A DNA stretch of 64,000 nt, taken from Felis catus. Taxonomy: Eukaryota. Of the stretch, positions 52,701-64,000 are shown one piece after another. Every line of letters begins with the position of its first letter. The first letter of the stretch is position 1. Position numbers and translations under genes: made by a program. The stretch covers positions 89,158,001-89,222,000 of the forward strand of contig NC_058368.1 in NCBI RefSeq assembly GCF_018350175.1, read 5' to 3'. Below the pieces are notes generated by a model. The model did no database searches. It was not told where the DNA came from and saw only the letters and a program-made list of their open reading frames with translations.

Positions 52701-55700
52701 TCTCTTTTTTTTCTAAGATACAATTTTTATTTATAACATTTCAATTAAACAAGTATGTCATAACCTTAAAATAGTTTTGTAACAGTGTTTATCTTTAAAG
52801 ATTAAATTAATTTCAAAAAATCATTTTTATTTCTTCTATGTTATTTTGCACATGGCTTTTGAATCATGTATAGAAGTTTTTTGTTCCAGTGACATAAAAT
52901 GGTAATTGGTTAGATTATTCTTTTTTTAAAATACAATTTATTGTCAATTGGTTTCCATACAACACCCAGTGCTCATCCCAACAAGTGCCTTCCTCCCTGC
53001 CCACCACCCATTCTTGCCTCTCCAAAACCCCCCATCTACCCTTAGTTTGTTCTCAGTCCTTAAGAGTCTCTAATGATTTGCCTCCCTCCATCTCTGTAAC
53101 TTTTTTTTTCTCCTTCCCCTCCCCCATGATCTTCTGTTAAGTTTCTCAAGATCCACATATTAGTGAAAACATATGGTATCTGTCTTTCTCTGCCTGGTTT
53201 CTTTCACTTGGTATAATACCCTCCCGTTCCATCCACGTTGCTACGAATGGCCAAATTTCATTCTTTCTCATTGTCAAGTAGTACTTCACTGTACCACATC
53301 TTCTTTATCTACTCATCAGTTGATGGACATTTAGGCTCTTTCCATAATTTAGCTATTGTTGAAAGTGCTGATATAAATTTGGGGTACAAATCCCCCTATG
53401 CATCAGCATTCCTATATCCACTGGGTAGATTCCCAGCAATAGCATTTTCCATTTCTTTGTATCTTCATAGGGTAGTTTTATTTTTAATTTTTTGAGGAAC
53501 CTCCACACTGTTTTCCAGAGAAGCTGCACCAGTTTGCATTCCCACCAACAGTTCAAGAGGGTTCCTGTTTCTCCACATCCTCGCCAGCATCTATAGTCTC
53601 CTGATTTGTTCATTTTGGCCACTCTGACTGGCGTGAGGTGGTATCTCAGTGTGGTTTTGATTTGTATTTCCCTGATGAGGAGCGACGTTGAGCATCATTA
53701 TATGTGTCTGTTGGCCATCTGGATGTCTTCTTTGGAAAAGTGTCTATTCACGTTTTCTGCCCATTTCTTCACTGGACTATTTGTTTTTCAGGGGTGGAGT
53801 CTGGTGAGTTCTTTATAGATTTTGGATACTAGCCCTTTGTACAATATGTCATTTGCAAATAACTTTTCCCATTCCGTTGGTTGCCTTTTAGTTTTGTTGA
53901 TTGTTTCCTTTGCTGTGCAGATGTTTTTTATCTTCATGAGGTCCCAATAGTTCATTTTTGCTTTTAATTCCCTTGCCTTTGGGGATGTGTCAAATAAGAA
54001 ATTGCTGCGGTGAGGTCAGAGAGGTTTTTCCAGCTTTCTCCTCTAGGGTTTTGATGGTTTCCTGTCTCATATTCAGGTCCTTCATCCATTTTGAGTTTAT
54101 TTTTGTGAATGGTGTAAGAAAGTGGTCTAGTTTCATCCTTCTGCATGTTGCTGTCCAGTTCTCCAAGCACCATTTGTGAAAGAGACTTTTTTCCATCGGA
54201 TATTCTTTCCTGCTTTGTCAAAGATTAGTTGGCCATACTTTTGTGGGTGCAATTCTGGAGTCTCTATTCCATTGGTCTATGTGTCTGTTTTTGTGTCAAT
54301 ACCATGCTGTCTCGATGATTACAGCTTTGTAGTAGAGGCTAAAGTCTGGGATTGTGATGCCTCCTGCTTTGGTCTTCCTCAAAATTACTTTGGCTATTTG
54401 GGATCTTTGTGGTTCCATACAGATTTTAGGATTGCTTGTTCTAGCTTCGAGAAGAATGCTGGTGCAATTCTGATTAGGATTGCATTGAATGTATAGATAG
54501 CTTTGTGTAGCATTGATATTTTAATAATATTTATTCTTCCAATCCATGAGCACAGAATGTTTTTCCATTTCTTTATATCTTCTTCAATTTTCTTCATAAG
54601 CTTTCTATAGTTTTCAGCATACAGATCTTTTACATCTTGGGTTAGGTTTATTCCTAGGTATTTTATGATTCTTGGTGCGATTGTGAATGGGATCAGTTTC
54701 TTTATTTCTGTTTCTATTGCTTCATTATTGGTGTATAAGAATGCAACTGATTTCTGTACATTAATTTTGTATCCTGCGACTGCTGAATTCATGTAGCAGT
54801 TCTAGCAGACTTTTGGTGGAGTCTGTCGGGTTTTCCATGTAGAGTATCATGTCATCTGCAAAAAGTGAAACTTTGACTTAATCTTTGCCAATTTTGATGC
54901 CTTTGATTTCATTTTGTTGTCTTATTTCTGATGCTAGAACTTCCGAAACTATGTTAAACAACAGTGGCAAGAGTGGACATCCCTATCGTGCTCCATGTCT
55001 CAGGGGGAAAGCTCTCACTTTTTCCCCATTGAGGATGATATTAGCTGTGGGATTTTCATAAATCACTTCTATGAGGTTTCTGTATGTTCCAGCTTTCTCA
55101 AGGGATTTTATTAAGAAAGGACGCTGTATTTTGTCAATGCTTTTTCTGCATCTAGTGACAGTATTATATGGTTCTTATCCTATCTGTTATTAATGTGATG
55201 TATCACAGTGATTGATTTGTGAATGTTGAACTAGCCCTGCAGCCAAGGAGTGAATCCCACTTGATCATGGTGAATAATTCTTTTTATATGCTGTTGAATT
55301 CGATTCGCTAGTATCTTATTGAGAATTTTTGCTTCCATATTCATCAGGGATATTGGCCTGTAGTTCTCTTTTTTGCTGGGCCTTTGTCTGGTTTGGGAAT
55401 CAAAGTAATGCTGGCTTCATAAAATGAGTCTGGAAGTTTTCCTTCCCTTTCTATTTTTTAGAACAGCTTGAGAAGGATAGGTATTAACTCTGCTTTAAAT
55501 GTCTGGTAGAATTCCCCAGGGACGACATCTGGCCCAGGACTCTTATTTGTTGGGAGATTTTTGATAACTGATTCAATTTCTTCACTAGTTATGGGTCTGT
55601 TAAAATTTTCTATTTCTTCCTGTTTGAGTTTTGGTAGTGTGTGGGTGTTTAGGAATCTGTCCATTTCTTCCAGGTTGTCCAGTTTGTTGGCATATAATTT

Positions 55701-55844
55701 CTCACAGTATTCCCTGATAATTGCTTGTATTTCTCAGGGATTGGTTGTGATAAATCCATTTTTATCCAAACTTTATCTATTTGGGTCCTCTCTCTTTTCT
55801 TTTGGAGAAGACTGACCAGAGGTGTATCAATTTTGTTTATTTTT

Positions 55845-55876
55845 TTTACTTAAAAATTTTTTAATGTCTATTTATT

Positions 55877-55930
<54 letters not shown>

Positions 55931-56060
55931 AGGAACTGAAGCAGGCTCCAGGCTCTGAGCTGTCAGCACAGAGCCTGATGCAGGGCTCGAACTCATGAAC
56001 TGTGACATCATGACCTGAGCTGAAGTCAGAGGCTTAACCGACTGAGCCACCCAGGTGTTC
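55845..56060 (-). mobile_element. CAN-SINE nested in L1
   Basis: (GA)n tract; TSD CAATTTTGTTTA(T/G)TTTT. Confidence 0.93.
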
Positions 56061-58429
56061 CAATTTTGTTTAGTTTTTCAAAAAACCAACTCTTGGTTTC
56101 ATTGGTCTGCTCTACTGTTTTTTGTTTTTGTTTTTAAATTGTATAGTGTTTATTTTTGCTCTGATCTTCATTATATGCTTTCTTCTGCTGGGTTTGGGGT
56201 GTCTTTGCTGTTCTGCTTCCAGTTCCTTTAGGTGTGCTGTTAGATTTTGTATTTGGGATTTTTCTTGTTTCTTGAGATAGGCCTGGATTGCAATGTATTT
56301 TCCTCTCAGGACTGCCTTTGCTGCATCCCAAAGCGTTTGGATTGTTGTATTTTCATTTTCATTTGTTTCCATATATTTTTTAATACTTCCCTAATTGCCT
56401 GGCTGACCCATTTGTTTCATCGTATGATGTTTTTAACCTCCATGCTCTTGGAGGCTTTCCAGACTTTTTCCTGTGGTTGATTTCAAGTTTCACAGCATTG
56501 TGATCTGAAAGTGTGCATGGTATGATCTCAATTCTTTTATATTTATGGAGGGCTGGTTTGTGACCCATTATGTGACCTATCTTGGAGAATGTCCATGTCC
56601 ACTCAAGAAGAAGTATATTCTGCTGCTTTGGGATGCAGAGTTCTAAATATATCTGTCAAGTCCATCTGGTCCAATGTATCATTCAGGGCCCTTGTTTCTT
56701 TATTGATCCTGTGTCTAGATGATCTATCCATTGTTGTAAGTGGAGTATTAAAGTCCCCTGCAATTACCCCATTCATATCAGTAGGGTTGCTGATGTTTGT
56801 GATTAATTGTTTTATATATTTGGGGGCTCCCGTATTTGGCACATAGACATTAACAATTGTTAGCTCTTCCTGATGGATAGACCCTGTAATTATTATATAA
56901 TGCCCTTCTTCATCTCTTGTTACAGCCTTTAATTTAAAGTCTAGTTTGTCTGATACAAGTATGGCTACCCCAGCTTTCTTTTGAATTCCAGTGGCATGAT
57001 AGTTCTCCATCCCCTCACTTTCAATCTGAAGGTGTCTTCAGGTATAAAATGAGTCTCTCATAGACAGCAAATAAATGGGTCTTTTTTTAAAACCTATTCT
57101 GATACCCTATGTCTTCTGCTTGGAGCACTTAGTTCATTTACATTCAGTGTTATTATTAAAAGATATGGGTTTAGAGTCATTGTGTTATCTGTGGGTTTCA
57201 TGCTTATAGTGATTTCTCTGGTATTTTGTTCTCCTTGCAATATTCACTCACAGTATCCCCCTTAGGACCTCTTATAGGGCTCGTTTAGTGGTCTTGAAAT
57301 CCTTCAGTTTTTGTTTGGGAACACCTGCATCTCTCCTTCTATTCTGAGTGACAGGCTTGCTGGATAAAGGATTATTGGATGCATTTTTTTTCTGTTCATT
57401 ACATTGAAGATTTCCTACCATTCCTTTCTGGCCTGCCAAATTTCAGTAGATAGAACTGCTACTACCCTTATGTATCTACCTTTGTATGTTAAGGCCCGTT
57501 TATTCCTAGCTGCTTTCAGAATTCTCTTTATTCTTGTATTTTGCCAGTTTCACCGTGATATGTTGTGCAGATGATCGATTCAAGTTACATCTGAAGGGAG
57601 TTCTCTGTGCCTGTTGGACTTGAATGTCTGTTTCTTTTCCCAGATCGGGGAAGTTCTCAGCTATGATTTGTTCAAGTGCACCTTCAGCCCCTTTCTCTCT
57701 CTCTTCTTCTTCTGTAATTCCTATGATACAGATATTGTTCCCTTTGTTTGCATCACTTAGTTCTCTAATTCTCCCCTCATACTCCTGAATTTTTTTATCT
57801 CTCTTTTTCTCAGCTTCCTCTTTTTCCATAATTTTGTCTTGTAACTCACCTATTCTCCCCTCTGCCTGTTCAATCCGTGCTGTTGCTCCCTTCACTTTAT
57901 TTTGTACCTCATTTATAGCTTTTTAAAATTAATGATGACTATTGTTTAGTCCCTTCTTGTCTGTAGCAATAGTTCTCTGCTCTCCTCTATGCTTTTTTCA
58001 AACCCAGCAGTTAATTTTATGGCTATTACTCTAAATTCCTGTTCAGTTACATTGCTTAAATCAGTTTTGATCAATTAGTTAGCTTCCTGGAATTTTTTTT
58101 TGAGAATTCTTCCATTTCATAATTTTCTAGTTTTCTGTCCCTTATGAGTTTTAAAACTTGTGTGCTCTGCCCCTTTGAGCACTGCTATATTAAAGGGGTG
58201 TCATATACTGACCAGGGCCTGGCCCTTCAAGAGTTTCTTTTGGAGAGTGTTATTTGCTCTCTGTTGTGATTTTGGTTATTTTATTTCCCTACTCATAGTG
58301 ATATTTTAGACCCAACACCAGGTGTGCTTTGATTTGTTCCTTGGAGTAGCTCTGTAAAGTAAAACAAGCAGACAAAAACACACAAGCACCCAAAGAAAAC
58401 AAAAAAAAATTAAGAAAAGCAAAAAACTA

Positions 58430-58690
58430 TGACTCACTCATATGAGGACTTTAAGAGACAAAACAGATAAACATAAGGGAAGGGAAACAAAAATAATATG
58501 AAAACAGAGAGGGGACAAAACAGAAAAGACTCATAAATATGGAGAACAAACTGAGGGTTGCTGGAGGGGTTGTGGGAGGGGGGATGGGCTAAATGGGTAA
58601 GGGGCATTAAGGAATCTACTCCTGAAATCATTGTTTCACTATATGTTAATTTGGATGTAAATTTTAAAAAATAAAAAATAAAATTAAAAA
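58430..58690 (+). mobile_element. Short L1 3' end nested in an L1 5' region
   Basis: 3' UTR plus A tail; TSD AAGAAAAGC(AA/TG)AAAACTA. Confidence 0.85.
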
Positions 58691-59533
58691 AAGAAAAGCT
58701 GAAAACTAAAAACAAAAAACACTGACTACAGGTAAAGAACAGGGTGGAGGTGGTGCTGATGGAAGAGTACATACAAAGAGAGGAATGACAGGAACGTGGA
58801 AGAAGAAAAAATAAACATTGACTAGGCAGAGAGACTGAAAGGCTTAATCCAGAGAGAGAAGTGAGAGAGAGAGAGAAAAGAAAATAAAGAAGGAGGCATG
58901 GATAAAGAAAAGAAAATAAAGTTACCCAAAACTATATGGCTTGGTTATTCCAGAGAGAGGAAGGAAAGTAAAGAAGGAGGTGTAGAACATGTATGAAGAG
59001 AATTGATTCAATATGTCTGTTTAAACAAACCAATAACCAGAGTAACCCACCTAGAAGATGGAAAAGATAAGGAGGAGAAATGGAGAGAATATATCTATAT
59101 ATCCAGAATTGACCCAGAGTTAATCCAGGCAATGCTGCAGCGCTGGTCTAGAGGTTAAGCAGGGTCTATTCAGCTCCAGTAGATATGCAGTTACCAGGTG
59201 TGGAGGGGTGTGGTTTTGTGTAGTCTGGTCTCACCTTCATTATGGGCCCTGGGACTGATACCAGAGGCCCTGCCTTGGTCGGAGGGGTGGGGAATGGCGA
59301 TCCCCCAGTCTCTTCTCCATGGACCAGACCCAGACCTGGACTCAGTGGACTCTATTTGAGTCATCCTCACTGTGCCTCAGGCACAGATGGCATGGTCCTT
59401 CTCTGCCAATTCCCCTGACCCTGTGCTTGGCTAGGATTCAAAGTCCTGCTCCATGCACTCTGGCACTGGGGAAGTGCCTCTCAGTATGGTCCAGTATGTG
59501 GTCCTGGCTGGCTTTGTCCATGCTGCTACCCTT

Positions 59534-59985
59534 CAGGGAGGACTGCCTTCTCCTACTGTGGACTGCCCTGCCCACCTCCCCACTGAGCCCTGGGGGTGAC
59601 AGACGCAGGCAGGCTTTCTCTTTTCCCACAGCACTCCAGAGAGGGGGCCACCTTCTCCTACTGCAGACTTCACCCTTGACCTGGTCACTGAGCCTGGGGG
59701 TGTTGGACACAGGCAGGCTTTGTTCTGTTCCTCTGCCTTCCAGGGAGGGGATCACTTTTTTTTACTGCAGACTGCACCCTCAACCAGCCACTGAGCCCCA
59801 GGGTGGTGGACGCAGGCAGGCTTTGTTCTGTCCCACAGCACTCCAGGGAGAGGGCCACTTTCTCCTACTGTGGAATGAGCCCTTGGCCCAGCCACTGAGC
59901 CTGGGGGTGGTGGAGGCTTTGTACTATCGCCCAGCCCTCCAGGGAGGGGACTGCTTTTTCTCACTGTGGACTGCGCCCCTGACCT
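59534..59985. repeat. Diverged tandem repeat, ~103-bp unit, ~4.5 copies, in the L1 5' UTR
   Basis: Recurring cag(g/a)gag...ctactg...cactgagcc...caggcaggcttt at ~59534, 59637, 59741, 59844 and 59940. Confidence 0.85.
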
Positions 59986-60467
59986 AGCACCCAACCCAGG
60001 GCAGGCTCCTGTCTTCCCCAGATGCATGAACAGGGAGCCAGCCCCAGTCCAAAGAAAGCCCTGCAGTTAGAGATAGGATCCCTCTCAGTCCCAGTCCGAG
60101 GTCTTTCTCCTGTCCAGATACGGTCCTACACTTCCCAAGCTGCTCTTTCTCTTTCCTTTGTCTCTCCACAGAAGGGGATCCCTCCCCTCCATGCCTATGT
60201 GGCCTGTTTTTATCTCCCCCAGTTCGCAATCACCCACCAATCTTTTCTCAAGTTGTCCCATTTTCTTCCTGGTAGATTCAGTCTCTTTTCCTCCCAGACT
60301 CTGGGGTTCAAAATCCTTTGGCTTCAGCACTTCTTTGAGAGCAACTATTATCTTTTAAAATATCCTTATTGAACCTGTTGTGTCTTTCTTAAATTTTCAG
60401 ATACCTATGTTGCTATACTTGATAGTATCCCACAGTTCTCTTAGGCTGTATTCATTATACTTACTTC

Positions 60468-60873
60468 CTTTTTTAAATATAATTTATTGTCAAGCTGGCT
60501 AACATACAGTGTATACAGTGTGCTCTTGGTTTTGGGGGTAGGTTCCCATGATTCATTGATTACACACAACACCCAGTGCTCATCCCAATTGCCCTCCTCA
60601 ATGCCCATCACCCATTTCGCCCTCTCCCCCACACTCCTCCCCAATCAACCCTCAGTTTGTTCTATGTATTTAGGAGTCTCTTACTGGTTGCTTCCCTCCC
60701 TCTCTGTAACTATTTTTTTCCCTTCCCTTCTTCTGTTAAGTCTCTTAAGTTCCACATATGAGTGAAAACATATATCTGTCTTTCTCTGACTGACTTACTT
60801 CACTTAGCATAATACTCTCCAGTTCCATCCACATTGCTGCAAATGGCAAGATTTCATTCTTTCTCATTGCCAT
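60468..60873 (-). mobile_element. Short L1 3' end
   Basis: T tail followed by aatttattgtcaagctggctaacatacag; TSD-like ATACTTA(C/T)TT. Confidence 0.88.
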
Positions 60874-61249
60874 ATACTTATTTTTTCTTTTGCTTCTTAC
60901 ACCTGATACCCTGAATTGACCTATAATTAACTGTTGACTTTTTTCTTACACTTTTTAATTCCCCTTTGTGCTTTATAGTTTTTCACAAAACCCTGAACAT
61001 TTTGAATATTATGCGATAATCTTATAAATCAGATTTCCCCCTTCTTAGAATGTTTTTTTTGCTTTATATATAGTTAATTAATTTATTAATTAATTAATCA
61101 GTCTTTAGGCTTTAGTTATTTGTTTAGTGAGCTTTATCTATTTTTGTAAAGTCTTTTTTTTGTATCTGCTTTTGAGCTTTAGAGAGATGGGAGGGCAGTG
61201 ACACTAGTAACTACAATTCTTAGAACCTGAAATAGGGAGAACACTTTAG

Positions 61250-61420
61250 ATATTTTATTCAATTTAATGCTCACAACAAATATTTTGTAGTAAATATCAT
61301 CATTCTGGTTACACATGAGGAAACTGGGGTTCAGATTAGTCCCTTGCCCAAGGTCAAGTCTACATAAGATTCCCACCCAGCTCTGTCTGACTTCAAGGTC
61401 AAGTGTCTGTGCTATGCTAC
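61250..61420 (-). mobile_element. MIR SINE remnant
   Basis: MIR core atgaggaaactggggttcaga...cttgcccaaggtca...tctgtctgacttcaa. Confidence 0.7.
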
Positions 61421-64000
61421 CTTTATTTGTGTGAATTTCTTAGTAGAAGTCAAGTGGGTAGGAGCTGACAGGAGAGTAGTAGGAGGTGGTCAGTGTCAGG
61501 GACAGATGAACTCTTAGCAGAGTGTTTGTTGAATCCTTGACTTCTTTGAATTCCAGTGTAATTGAGCTCTGAGATCAGAAGAGTCAATGTGATCTTTGAT
61601 GATTGCCTTATCATTAGGCTGAGGTATTGGGAGGAGGCAGAAAAATGTAGAGGAGTGACACTCTGGAAATCTCTGGAAAATGCCCTTTGCTTACATACAG
61701 TATTTAGTGGACATTTTAAAAGTGGGACATAACACAGAACAAAAGCCAATGTTTTCCATTCCCTTTTGGAATGGAAGAAGAGCCAATTAGGTTGACCCGT
61801 AGAAAACCTTCCCCAATTTTCCTCTCCTCCTTCTCCTGGGAGAGATTTTCTTTGTTGGTGTAGCTGAGATGAGCAGAGAACTTTGCAGGAAGCTCCCTTC
61901 CTTGTGAAGTTTAATTGCCAGACACTAGGGACAGAGATATGACAGAAGATGAATCTCCAAGGATTTGTGAAAATAGAAGCAATTTTTCTTAGTCACAGAA
62001 AAGGGGAGAACAATGGGTAGTAGTGAGGAGTGAGGGAATAAAACCTATTAGCTTGGCACTCGACCTGGCCCAACAAAGGGTCTCTTGCAAAGGTGAGAGG
62101 CTCCTTGCTAGTCCCCATTGTCTCTTCCCATCCTGGTCCAGACCTCTCCCTCCTGCTCCTATGGATGAGGGTTATATGATCTCTCTGTATTATAATTGTT
62201 CTGGAAATCTTTTTCTTAACGCCAAAAATTCTGCCAGGGTTTTAGCATGAAGCTTAGTCTTCTATATTTTTTTGTATTCTTTCTTTCAGAACGCATTTTA
62301 TTCCCATTTTTACCAGTCTTAACGCATTTTTTTCAAAACTTTTCCACAGCCCTCTAGAAGGCATCAGGCATTTCCTTCCTGTGGATGGAGAGTGGCCCAA
62401 GCACCTCAGTTAACTTCATTTTCTCAGAATAGGAAGAGATTCTAGAGGAGTTCTGACCACACAAGTCTTTCTTCTGGAAATTTTCTTCTCTACCTTAACT
62501 CCCTTCTGCTTCAATTTTAGTTCCATTTCCTTCCAAGGACATGGAGGTCCCCTGGCTTCCAGGGAGAGATCCTGCTGCAGACCCAACTGATTAGGGCAGC
62601 CATCCCTTGGTGAAGTCTGTTTTCCAAGGACATAGGGCTCCAGACTCCTGATCTGCCCTCCTCACTCCCAGATCCTTCCTGGCGTCATTAATTACATCAT
62701 TTCAAGGTAATATTCTTCCTCTATGTGTCTTGTATTTCCTCTTTCTGTTACCAAATGCTTAAAATGTTTGTTCACCCCACCACTACCTTTGTCATTCACC
62801 TGCTTACTACTTCTCTTGAAGTAGAGACCTCTTGTGTAGTTAGAATTTGTTTCTTGATTTTTTTTTTTTTTGCCTCCTAATTCTTTATTCTGTGGGTAGA
62901 ACTAGAGATGACCTGAGGGTTGTTTCATCTAACCTGTCGTATTACTGCTTGGGAGACTGTCACGCAATAGAGGAAGTGAATTCCTCAGGGTCTTCCAACA
63001 GGTTTTAGGAAGGGTGGGGACTGTTTTGTCTTTGCAAGTCTAGAGAGGATGTGACAATGGCTCCCTCTAGGGCACTGGGAAAGCTATATTTTCCTGATGA
63101 CATCTGGCTATTAGATTTGGATGAGAGTGTTGAAGTCGTCTCCTGCTGACCCATGTACAAATGCCTATATTTCTAACCCTTGGGAAAAAGTTTCTGCTTG
63201 CTGCTCCTCCACACCTTGTATATATTTTTCTGTTTGGATATTTTCTCCTATACCCCTTCTTCTTGAAGGAACTCAGTGCTCTGCTATTTTTACAAACATG
63301 CTTTGGTGTTTTTGCTCCCTGTCCTACCTGCAGTTTCCTTTCATTTCATAGCTGTGTCATGAATCTGACTACTTTCTGATGCAGATCTCCCCAACACAAT
63401 TCCCAGTGAACCTCTTTATGAGTCTCTTACACACAGCGTAGGGCTTTGACATGTCTGATCTAAGGGGTGCAGGACTGCCTTCTTACTATTAAATATCCCC
63501 AACATTGCCCAACTGAAACAATATGTATTATGGCCTCTTGGTAAGACTTTACAGGGAGAAATTTGCATCTCAGTGGAGGAGACTAGGAAGTGTCAGGCCA
63601 TGACTATTGACTCTGCTCATATTGGAAGCACCTGTTTCTGCCTGAAGGGCCAGGAGCTGCTATGAGAAGACTTTGATGGGGAAGGACTTCAAAGAGAGGC
63701 AGAAAGGTTGCAAAGTGGTCTGCTCCACTTTCCCAACAGGATGAAAAAGTCCGTGATGCTGGGCTCTCACAGCCCCCAGAGTCCCAGAAGTCAGAGAGCT
63801 CATTGTGGCATTAATAGGAGAGTTCTGCCCCTATGCCTGGCTTCCCACTTCACTTAGGTGCTCCCTCTGTTTCTGTTCCTCATCCCACTTGTGTTTTTGC
63901 TTTCCCCCTGATCCTTCCTTCTTAGCATCTGTGTTCTCTCTTTCTCACTAAGTCTATGTTCCCTGCCCTCTATTACATTGTCTCTGTTTTCTTTTCTTTT

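Larger units (their letters stand above)
52921..60345 (-). mobile_element. Full-length L1 with a long repeat-containing 5' UTR, inactivated
   Basis: 3' end at 52921, ORF2 fragments to ~57180, ORF1 fragment 57506-57895 and a 5' UTR-like region to ~60345. The 5' boundary is uncertain. Confidence 0.85.

Noticed and set aside
59534..59985. CRISPR-like array
   Set aside because: Mammalian DNA; whole units are diverged copies with no unique spacers and no cas genes.
61420..64000. Coding exons or the promoter of a further OR gene
   Set aside because: No ORF with recognisable motifs; scattered TAATGA and O/E-like words (e.g. ~62685) are too weak to call.

Overview
Mammalian genomic DNA, almost certainly from a felid: it carries felid-type CAN-SINEs and carnivore/felid L1s. 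Positions 1-19.8 kb hold the 3' part of BTNL9 (butyrophilin-like 9) on the + strand as 8 coding exons: the end of the IgC exon, a transmembrane exon, five 21-33 bp phase-1 linker exons and the B30.2/PRY-SPRY exon. All have GT-AG junctions and splice into an open frame. A family-2 olfactory receptor pseudogene lies on the - strand at 37.6-38.5 kb. More than half of the window is transposon-derived (nested L1s, CAN-SINEs, LTRs, DNA transposons, MIR), and most ORFs in the track are L1/SINE debris. I found no convincing new gene system. The unusual signal is structural: several templated insertions copied from sequence 1-22 kb away in this locus, a two-SINE unit inside one target-site duplication (TSD), two probable L1 3' transductions, an L1 with a ~1 kb inverted duplication of its own 3' end, and one target site used twice. 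Repeat family names and comparisons with human BTNL9 are from memory, not from database searches, and repeat boundaries are approximate.
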